From NCBI GenBank assembly GCA_965644295.1, contig CBFFRP010000184.1, forward strand, positions 1 through 64,000: a stretch of 64,000 nt of DNA. The letters are read 5' to 3'. A program made the position numbers and the translations under genes. Shown piece after piece: positions 51,401 through 63,400 of the stretch (position 1 is the first letter of the stretch; the number at the start of each line of letters is the position of its first letter). Below the pieces are notes generated by a model. It saw nothing but the letters and a program-made list of their open reading frames with translations, did no database searches and was not told the DNA's origin. Source of the DNA: Paraphysomonas bandaiensis. Taxonomy: Eukaryota > Protista > Chrysophyceae.

Positions 51401-54400
51401 TTTCCAAAATCTCTAACTTTCAGCAATCCGACAACAGGGGGTGACAAATCTACACCAAGGTTAATTTTCTGAACCTCATCAATATCAGTAACGTTGACAC
51501 TGAGTAATCCTATTTCTGGAACCGCACTATCGCCGCGCACTTCGATTGTCATAATATCACCTGTAAGGGGTGAGGTTGCTAGTGTCACTCTTTGAACTTC
51601 CTCGACATACGGTAACGCCGCCAATCTGACTGTCTGTACTTCATACTTTCTCTCCAAAGGGGGTGCAATGCAATGAATAATACTATCAGAATACCTGGTA
51701 GCTGATACGATAGTGTCTCCAAACCGACACTGAACCAGTTTATCACCTAAAGTAAAGTGCTGACCACGAATACGAATGTTTGTGTCCCTAAATATTGACC
51801 CTCTAGTCGGCTCAATTCTGCTCAAAACGGGAAGGTGATGATACTCGAAAGTCATTACTGAGTTGTTTAAAAAATCTTGACCGTTCAATGAAAAAGATAC
51901 TGTAGCAACAATGGGGTCAGGAACTGAAGGAGTAACGCACACTATGAGACCATCAATCGCCAGCTGAGCAGATACGATCTGATCATCAAACGAACACAAT
52001 GCATATTCAGACCCTCGAATGGAACTTCCTGTGATACGAACAGTGGTATTTCCCTGTATTGAGCCGTATGAAGGAGTTATCTCAAAAGTATCAACAGCAG
52101 GGTAATACTTGAACTGCAGGACATTATCTGATATTTCCAACCCATTCAGAGTCAAGGCCACAGTATTCAGTACTTCTTCGGATGCGGCGCCTGAAAGAAG
52201 AGGGGGCGAATAAAACTCAACAGTTGAGTTAGAGGTGTACCGCGCAGGCAAGATGTAGTTATTGAACACGACGCGTATATCATAATTAGAAAAGATATTT
52301 GGGGGTCGAAATATTTCATTGACTTGTATCACAATGCGGGTACCTCCTTCAATCGGCCCACTCGCAGGATGTAGACTGTATAACTCTATCGGCTCCACTA
52401 ATTCAAAAAGTATTCTGTCGTCAGTGAAGTGCTGACCATCTAGTGTTATTTCAACAGGAACGAATGGTCCTTGGCCAATCTGGACCTCTTGATGAAACAA
52501 AACGGTGGGGTACTCTCCGATGTCTGAGGACAAGAGCTCAATGTAAATCACACCATCAAAACTATCAGTGGAAACAACCAGAAATGTAATATTCCAACTG
52601 CACCCGACAAAAACTCCATCAAAATGAATCAAATCGCCACATGTTCTTTCTACTTCAACATCATTTATTCCATTCAACGCTTCCATAGCTGATTCCATAA
52701 CGTCACTGGATGAATTATACTCTATTTCTGTACTGGAATCACCATTAACGAAAACAGAGAAATAACCGTGAGGAGGTATGTAATCACCATCCACAATCAC
52801 GTTAACATCAACAGACACGTTTTCACCTACAATGCCACTGCTATCGGCAAATAATAATGCATCCAATGCCCCGCTGGATATCGGAAACGTCACAGTCCAC
52901 TCCTTGTGATAAAATGTTGATACGACTTCGTCAACAAGAATGACATTATTTCCGATCAAAGGAGAAAACGCATTGTGCATAATAAATTGAATTTCTTCAC
53001 GAGTTGCATTCGACAAAATTGGACCAGTCTGAATTCCACCTAACGATAATACATAATCACCAGCGATGACTGCAGCGCCGCTTTCCACAACTTCGGTTCG
53101 TAAGTTAACACCATTTCCTGTTAGATTGGATCCAGCGAGTTGCATGGGGGGCGCGTCGCCGGCTTCAGCAGGAAATGTTATAGTCCATGAAGCGAAATAC
53201 TTTCCCGAAGAACTTGATTCCACTTCAACGGGCAAGCCAAATGACAAAAGCAACATATCTGCAACATCCTTCGATGTGGCATCCAGTGGAAGCGTTGCGG
53301 TCGTATTCGATACGTATCCACCAACAGCATTCGTTGGACCCCATGATATCGTGAAGTGTCCTTTAAAAGGCATAGACCCACGCTGAATGATTCCTGTGGT
53401 AAGGTTGTATGAAGTCTGACTATTCAAGTCAATATCGTGGGACGCTATATCTGGCCTCTGACCATCTTCATCTAAAAATGTCACTACCCACCGATAGCCA
53501 TACGCTGACTCAGCACGTAGCCGGGTCACTGCCACATCTCCCACACCCGGAAGAGAACGAAGCGCTGCTTGTACAACAATAGCACTGGAGGTAGCACCCA
53601 ACAGCGATGATCGAGCACCATGATATGACAATGAAAATGACCCAGATATTTCGGAATCTCCAACCACTTCAACCCACTGAATTTCATACGTCGGCTCAGA
53701 CGACTCCACTATGATTTGTTGAACTTCTTGTCGTATGTTATTCTGCACTATTTTCCAGCTCTGAACCTCGGGCTGAGCGGAGTCTGATCCCCCATCTAAG
53801 AGGGTACGAACAGATATCTGATCACCAGTCATCCAGCTAGTGGCATCAGTTACCGACAAAACAACAGGGGGAACATCATCTTCGCGAGAAACAAATTCAA
53901 TACTGTAAGACTCATACATACACATCACTCCCAAAGGATGCTCCTTGGTACCATTGAAAGTTTGATTGATAATGACACTACCGACTCGAGGAAGTTCAAC
54001 CAGAGCATTTTCAAGTGTGGCTTCAGACAAGGAACTTATATTAAATGGTGAACTCGATACACCCTCCAACAATAAACGGATCATTCCATTCATCGCATCT
54101 GACCCCAAGGGACGTATATATCGCCACAACTGAATCTCCTGAACTTCGTGTCTGATCTTTGGAAAAAGAGTTTTAATTTCATGAGTAGGCGGAATAACTG
54201 TCATCTCTCCTAGCGTACATTTCGCGATGCTCGACGACAACACATTAGCGGGAAACACAGTTCCCCCGATTGAGCACGCCGCCAGTGGTGTTTGAACAAA
54301 ATTGGAGCCTCTCAGAGTAACTTCCACACCACCACTCTTAGCTCCAAGAGTTGGAAAAATCGACTCTACATTAGGACGAGAAAACAGATTAAACGTAAGT

Positions 54401-57400
54401 TGATTGGAATATGTTTGGTTGTTCTTCGTAATACAAACTTTTGCTGTCGCGTTAGTATTTAAGTACCACTCGCTGTTCGACTCATCAAAAAAATAATGTC
54501 CAATATTCGGTACAGAGCAAGTCATATACACGTCGTCCAGACGATTAGCAGGAACTTGAACAACTAGCGAAGGTATAGTGCCTAATATAGGGCTTAACAA
54601 GCTAATATTCATCACACATAGCAGTGAGTCACTGTAAGTGCCAATGCCTTGGGTCTCAATCGTGATATCAGTACTCTGATCGATTTGCCCATATTGTGGG
54701 GTCAGGGATATCAGGGACATCACATTTTCAAATTCAAAGAGCTTAGAGCTTCTAGCGACTACAGCATTAGTCACATTTGAGTCATGAAGCTTCAATGACA
54801 CAATGACACTACCCCTAGGATGTGGTGGTGATACACAGTGTGCAAAGGACTCATTTACGATAACAGCAGGCACATGTAATGTACCGAACAAGCATTCGGT
54901 ACTCTGATCATCAGCTGTGACAAAACCACTGCCTTCAAGTGTAACATTAACCCCTCCGTTCACAACTCCACTTGATGGAAAAATATTCGATACCACAGGA
55001 GCATCATCCACTACAATAAACAAGTGATGACTGGAAGCTTCGAGGCCGTCATTATATGTCAGTCGAATATTGCAGCACCCCGCTTGAATTTCTTCAACAG
55101 TAGAATGAGTTAAATCATTACGCGGAAACACATCAGAAACATTCATCAGCGGAAGATTTCCCCCATTTATCGGATGACCAGTTGTCAAAAACGTCACAGT
55201 CCATTCAACGCGATTGTCTTCCTCGTAAAAGAACTCCTTTTTCGAGACACTGATATCACCCACTGTCGTTAAAGCTGACAAAGCTTCTGAGAATTCATAT
55301 GCAGTTGTATGAATGGTCATGAAGTCGGTTGTCTCGCCCATGTACGAGACAGTGAAAGTTCCTTCCACTGTTCCCACCCCCTTTTCAACTTCATAAACCC
55401 TAACAGATGCTTGGCTTCCCAGTATACCCGAATCGTCCACCTTCATAAGGTTAATATCACTAACAGGATGGTTGAAGGTGACCAGGTATCTCCTCCCTAC
55501 ATTTAGTTCTTCGAGAATAACCTCGATATCGTCTTCGTATGCCCCAACAACACCCACAATGGCATCTTGCACTTCTTCAGCTGGTGCGTCCACAGCAATA
55601 GGCTGAGAGGTACGAGAGCCGAAGGACAAACTGTAAGTCCCTGCCAGCACACTTCCACGTTGCAACTCTGTGACGTCAACTCTTGCGTGAGTGCCATTCA
55701 ACATAGAGCTCTCAACTACAATTGGTTCCTCGCTGCCCTTGTTCACTAAAAATGTTATCAGCCAGTCATAGCCTCCATCGATTTCAAATGTATGCCGTGT
55801 GACGTTTACATCCACACCAAAGAGATCTTCAACAGCACTTTCTACTACAGCAGCAGAGGCATTATGCAATATGTCGGTTGAGTATTTCCCGTTATAAAAA
55901 AGCTTGAAAGTTCCTGACAACGGTTCAGATGTTGCATCAACAGTGGTGTTAACCTCACACACAACATTATTTGTAAAGGAGCCAGTTACGAGGGAGGTGT
56001 CACAGTCAAAATATTCCATTTTTCCAGCAATCGAAGTCAATTGTATATCCCATGCTCTGTAGTCACCAGGAATTCCAGGGGTATTTTCGTAAAACACAGG
56101 TCGAACACGGATATTTTGCAAGCCAAGACTCCTCGTAATATGGTCTTCAAGAACATTGTATGTGATGTTAACACTTAGTTGTGGTGTAAACAAATCACCC
56201 AATCCCAGCCTGAAGTAGCCCCCCAGCTCCGAATCAACTTGGATAAGAATTCTTTGAGTCATGGGAGTTAAAAATGGTGATAATTGATGTATTCCTCTAC
56301 CAGCACGGCTAGTATTTCCATTCAAAGCCACAGGAACCCCATCACTGAGAGCAAGCCGATCGAAGTAACTTTCGAAAACATAGAACGAAAGATACCAGCT
56401 TCTACCACCCGCGGGACGTTGTCGCTCAGTCACCGACAACGACTCTGGGCCAATTGCCACGAGAGAGGATATCTCAGACTTGACATAATCTGCAGAGGAG
56501 TTAAGGAAAATTCGAGCACTATTGGTACTCCCAGAAATAGAAACTACAACATCGCCGGACAGACAGCAGTCTTCAAGTGGGCGGGAAATCTGTGTGAGAT
56601 TAATGCTTATGTCACCATTGGATTTGAGCTGATCTCCATCAGCGGTTAACATTGCATCTGACGTTGTTAATTCCAAAAATTCAATTAACCAGACAAACCC
56701 ACCAAAATCCCTATATTCTCGAGACACAATAGTTTCCCCAAGTCCGAGGCGGAGCATGGCATTTACAATGTCGTCAGATGTCGAATGTGCAGGTACACTG
56801 ACAGCATTACTTTCCGAATAAAGAGACAACCATCCCCCTAATTGATCAAGATTTCGTTTTGATAATCTCGTTGTGTTCACTTCAAACCCTGTTGGAGTAT
56901 TACAAAAGGAGCCTCTGAGATCGATTAACGGAATATCACCGAAAATATTAGGCGTATCTCGGAAAATGACTTCCCACTGTATAGCACTCGGAGTATATGT
57001 GCTAGTGACAGACACATCCCGGACACCCATCACACTTTCTAGAGCTTCTTCCATCCACAGGGCTAGGCTAATGTTATTTGTGGAACCCCCATTGATAATA
57101 AACTCCGCTGAATCTTCGTTATTGAAAGACACAAACATCGGTTCAGATTTAAAACCATCAGGACACGAAGCTTCAATCAGCTGCTTTTCAGGGCCAGTTC
57201 CTTGACGAACAGTGGTAACTGAACAAACAACAGGCGTATTACCAGACACATCAGAGATATCAACTTCAAGGGTAGGCACATCACCGACATCCGAATCAAA
57301 CAGCACTAACCAGTTATGAACATATAATGCCGTGTGCTCCTCAGATTCCACGGCAATGCTATCTGGCATGAGTGTCAGCATTTGGCTAATATCAGACGAC

Positions 57401-60400
57401 AGGTCAAACCCGCTAGACGTGGACAATAGAGTGGCACCGGAGAAGTATACAGTTCCCGACAAAGCCTTCGCTTGCCCAGGAATAACTTCTCTAGTAAGGA
57501 CCATAGCACGCTCTGAAGGCCCTAAAGTTGAATTGAATGGTCTCACCAATTCGAGATTACCGGGATTCTCTGTAAACGTCATACTCCAACGAAATGATGT
57601 TTCACTGATGTCGTATCTGGACACCGTCAGGTCTGGAATATTCTTGAAAGAACTTAAGACTGCCATCTTGAGATCCTTTGCGGAAGCGTCATAAGGGATC
57701 GCATCTGTGACGTACGAATCGTACTCCAGATAAAAATAACCACTATTCGCACCAAGAACTTCTATATCTTGAACCTCGCATGCCACACCGTCTACAACAG
57801 TTTCCACGGAGGTTGAGATCGAGAGAGCGCGCGCAATATCGACAAAAGATACAGTAGCTTCGGCGACGTCACCACAAGAAACGCCAAATAAAATTTCATA
57901 TGAAACTGAAGCAATGACGATTTCAGCTGCCAGATCTTCGTCAAAACTCACCCTTTTGTTGACCATTATATCATTGACATCAAAGAGCGTATTAAGAATT
58001 TCCTGGAAACGTGTCGCTGTCTCATTCCAATGAATTACCGCCCTCCAAAAACCAAATTCCAATGAGATTGTGCCTTTGTCGAGTATTGGTCTCCTTTGGT
58101 TATCATAATAGAGCATTGTACCAGACACGTTAATCACTTGAACTTCCTGGACATATGCAGCAGGACGAACAACAATCCTCTGCGTCTCTGAATTCGGTGA
58201 TACCTTCGTCTCAAGCTGATAAACTGCCCTCGATCTTTCAGGTATCACTGCCGCAATACGTAATTCTATCTCCTCGTACTGTACACCCCATGTGGAAGAT
58301 CGCAAACGCTGAATTTCAGGTTGATCGGGGAGTGCAGACACTTCAATGCTCTGCACCTCTGGAGACAGCGGGCTACCGATAATGGACACCTTTTGCACTT
58401 CTCTGGACTCTGGCAATGCAGGAGGTAAAGTGCAATGTATTAGCTCTTCAGTACTGATGTGGGCGGTGGAGTTTGCTACTATTTCACCATCCCCATGAAG
58501 AAACTGACACAATGGATCCGGAGGGTTCGTTAGAATATCACTGCCTAGGATTCGCAAATCAACGTTAGTGAATTTCGTGACACGGACTGGAGACACTGAT
58601 GCCAGAATAGGAGGATCAACAACTCGCAAATTAACATAGCTATCAGTCTCTACAACTCCCTCCGCAACTAGGGAAATGGTCAAATTAACAAATCCGACTG
58701 GAAGGCCTTCTGGGACATCACATGCTACATACCCACCGTCATTAATGTACAGTGCCACAGAGAGAAATTCTCCCCCGTGCCAAACACATCGCATTTCAGA
58801 ACTTCCAAGGAAATTATCACCATAGAGCTCAACGGTTTGACCACCAGTTGAAAAAACAACTTGAGGATATACTCTATTAATGCGAGCCGGTTTCAAATAG
58901 CGAAACACTAATTCTCCAGCTGCTTCAACAGCACTCGTCAAAATACCGTCCGCAACCCGAAATACATTTACTGTGGAATTGGTTAACAAATACAATTTCA
59001 ATGACACATCTCCAGACAATTGGCTCAATTGTTCTGGCGTTGAACATTCTATCGTGTCTCGACTAATGTACTTTCCCCGAACTGCGACATCATTTCCGAA
59101 CACACAATACCATTTCAACGATGGAAAAAAATTGATACCATATAAATTTATGACAGTGTGCCCTGTTATTGAACCATGTTGAGGATAAAGAGTAATAATT
59201 CCCGGTCCTGAATGATATCGAAAGGATAACGAAGTCGGGTCAAAGTTAACACCGTTGTTGGAGAAGCTAAGCGATACAACACCGCTATAACCCACTCTCG
59301 GGAGAGTGCAACGAACCTGGTTATCACTGATCATCATCGCGGGTGAAGTGTGTACACCAAACTTACACATCGCTGACTTGTATGATTGAAAGTTAACCCC
59401 CGATAACGTTATAGGTATTCCACCACCAACTGGCCCAAATGCAGGAGTTATAGAGGTAATATTAACTGCAGAGTAGTATTCAAAAGAGAAACCGGTGCTA
59501 TCGAAGTCTAACATATTATAACTCAACAAAACAGGAACAACTTTTCTGTTGAACAGCATATCACCTTCAACAGGTGGAGTCATACAAATTAACTGTGTAC
59601 GTGATACATATGCGGCAACCACAGGTTTGCTGTCTCCGAAACGGCAACTTATCGTGGATATACTCTCGTCAAACGTTCCAAAAATATTGTAGGCCGTCCC
59701 CCCCATGGAAGGGCCATAAGAAGGATTAGTTGAATCCACTACAAAATCCATTGTATATTTGAAAAAAAGTTGAGTATTTTTCACGGTTACCCACGAGTTG
59801 CCACCAGTGCTAACCTGCAACAACGCAGACACACTCGTCGAGGAAAAACCATTTGTATAGGTTGGAGTTGAACAAAACACCCCACCATCATTTTCAACCG
59901 TCGCTGGTACGGAATCACGCCCAAACACACAGTTAACGGCTGCAGATAATCCTGCGATACCTTTCGATGAAAACTTAACCACTGTACCACCTCTCCAGCT
60001 CCCTAAAAGCGGCCAGATATCAGAAACTGAAGGAGTAGCCGCATATTCAATATTGCCAACATCAACGTAATCCTCCCCATTCATGGATACTTCCACAGTA
60101 ACAATTCCAGGAGTATGCGGCGGGCAGGTACACTGGATCGTTTGCTTAGACACAAACAATGCCCCAACAATACTGACGCCATCAAAACGACAAAACAAAT
60201 GACTCGGAAACGTTTGGACAAATCCATCACCATTTAACGTAAGGAGTGTGTTTCCTGTCTCGAAAACCATATCGGGAGATATGGAGTCGACTATAAGGGA
60301 GTGTTCCCAGTAAAACAACGGACCATCACTGGTGAAATCTTGACCATTATTGCCCACTGAAACTGTAGCAAATCCGGGGACATTACCAGCAGGGTTAGAG

Positions 60401-63400
60401 GGCGATTCCACTACAATTTCACTGCTAGATATGAATATACATTGAGAAATAATATCAACGCCACCGTCGGAAATGAATCGAACTGAGAGAAAGGGCGAAT
60501 CTATGAATCCACTACCATAAATACGGAGAGAAGTGCCACCACTCGCTGCACCTTCCTTCGGAGAGATGGAGGTCACGGAGATTTCATCGTAATATGTAAA
60601 CGACAGAGCATCACCAACGAGCTGTTTTTTCTTGCCATGAGGCTGTCGTAGAGATACTGTCACATTCGTCTGACCACTCATTCGAAACTCAGGTGCAACA
60701 CACGAGAGTGACCACGTCGACTGGACTGTCGCACCAACTTCAAAGTTTCCAAACTTACAGAACGGAAGAGCATCCCCCCATTCACTGAAGGCATCAAGCT
60801 GAATACCACTGATAGTAACATTTGTTCCACCACTGAGGGGTCCATGTGTTGGGAATATTTGCAACATATGGGAAGTAGCGACGTAATTCAGTTTTTCGTT
60901 GATGAGAACCCAGTCCGTTCCATTATTCGGACTAATCCCGACATCAACTTCTCCGGGTTTATGAGGTGGCGCAATACACTCCATTAATGTGGGAGATATT
61001 CGATGGGAAACTACCGCAACAGACTCGCCAAACTGACAGAGTACCTGTGCAACAGATGGGATTCCATCGCCATATATAGTCACAACACCACCACGTTCAT
61101 CAATAGACTTCGGTGAGAGGGAAAGGTATTCCACTCGACCTAAATACGTATAATAACCAGTATTCGTCACAAATCCACTGTCTGACACTATTTCAAACGA
61201 AACCTGTATAGTACCATTGTATAGTGCACTGGACAAGTTTAGTTCATTTAAAGGTGGGGAAGCAAACACAATTAATCCTGCACTGACATCGACATATTCT
61301 GGGCTAATGCTCACAAACTTCTCAATTTCAGCATACAATCTTACATAGTAGTCTGAATGTTGAAATATTGACGTATTCAACTCCACTGTAACACTCCCGC
61401 CAGTACTAGGACCAAACGCAGGATATACCGACACAATTTCGAACGGCTCGTGCACACTGAAAGTAATTACATTTGAAAGTGTATCCAAGGCTACTAGTTG
61501 TAGCTCTACATCATTAGCAGGAGTTTTAGATGATGCCCACACCGGCATCACAAAGGACAACAAATTAGTGCTTAGATATGTGACACTCAAATGTACTTCG
61601 AATGCAGAGGTGCTTCGAATAGTAACATACGTTGATTCTGAATCAACGAAGCCACTTCCATGAAGCAATACTTCTGTGCCACAAGGAGATATTATAGATG
61701 GAGTCATACTACTTATGTATTGTGCTCTGACAACTTGAATGTCAATGCTGCCTATCCAGTCTTGTTCGTTGCGAGATATATCAATTGTTCCTAGTCCTAC
61801 TGCGTCAGATTTAATAGGACATTTCAGAGTTGTGTTAGAAACCCATTCCGCATTCATCAAACCAGGACCGAACTTGCAGAACCAATCTGTATACGGTGAA
61901 AAAGGTCCACCCAACACAGTGACAACTGATCGAGTAGAGCTGAAAACTGATGATGGCTTCACAAACAGTACTTCTGGATGCCTATAATATTCGTACTGTA
62001 ATTCTGTACTTTCAAAACTATGCCCATTGAATGTTAGTTTGGGCACAACAAACTTTGCTTCATGTGCGATTGGAGCAATACAACTAACTTCATTGGCATC
62101 AGGGTCCACAACTAAAGCATCACTGACAAAATCATCAAACATACATCTAACAGTGCCAATATGTACGATGTTTGACAACCGAGGAGATTTGATACTAAAC
62201 TTTACCACAGTGCCACCGTCTACAATACCACTATCTGGGAGCATCATGTCCACTCGAAGACGACCAGAATATAAAAACGGTATAGAATTTGTCGTATATG
62301 TGCTTGTATTACGGCAGAATACACGTACATCGACTACTGAGTCCAAATAACTATTCAAACTTGGCGGTGTCTGACACGTAATTGAAACAGCGGTAGTCGA
62401 TTCTGGCAGGGCAAGCATCGATACTCCCGAAAATTCACACGAATACAAAAAGGATGGGTTAAAGCCGATTCCCGAGAGATGAACCACGGTATATCCAGTT
62501 GCAGGACCAATATCAGGGGATATACTAGTCAAAGAAAATTCCTCGTAAACAAATATATGTGCGACATGTCTAAAATCGACGCCATTTTCAGTGTACTCCA
62601 ATTCCATTTCACCTGCACGAAGAAGGGGTGGCAGCATACAAAATACTCTAGTCGATGATTCAAAAACCGCAGTAAGAAAATATTCGCCTAATCGACAGGC
62701 TCGCTCAGAGTAATCACCGAAGCCTTCGCCACTAATCGCAATAAAGGAGCCCTTCGATGGAACAACCGACACATCAGTGCTAGATACACCACTTATTGAA
62801 AAAGGGGTCGTATATTCGAAATACATTCCAGTCGTGAAGTTGCTCGAATCGTAAGTAACGGAAAACATTTCTTTAGACGGTGTTGAAAGTGCTGGAGATA
62901 TGCAATGCAAAACGGATGATGAAATGCGTCTAGCAAATGACGAAAGAGGCCCAAAAACACAACGAATATCATTTCTATTTGGAAACGACTCTCCCCGAAC
63001 TTCTATGACTGTGCCACCAGATATGTCTCCATGATATGGACTGATTGAGTTTACAACGACGTGCGAATGGTATACAATCTCAAAAGGTGTAGCAGGAAAA
63101 AAATCATTACCATTCAAAGACACTTGTAATGCTAATGTACCTGGAAAATTTCTTCCAGGGATAGAGCATGATATGACGTTGTCACTAAGAATCACACCGG
63201 TAGTTACACCAGTTCCAGCCTTACAGAATGCAACCGTGTTTGGGACAGAAAATCCTGCACCATGAACACTAACTTTACCACCCTCCAGAGGTATTTCATT
63301 CGGTACAACTTTTATAACTGAGGGATCCGCAAAGTAGTAAAATGTCACACCTGACGATGACACAATATTGCCACCAATACCGACATGAATGGGAATGGGT

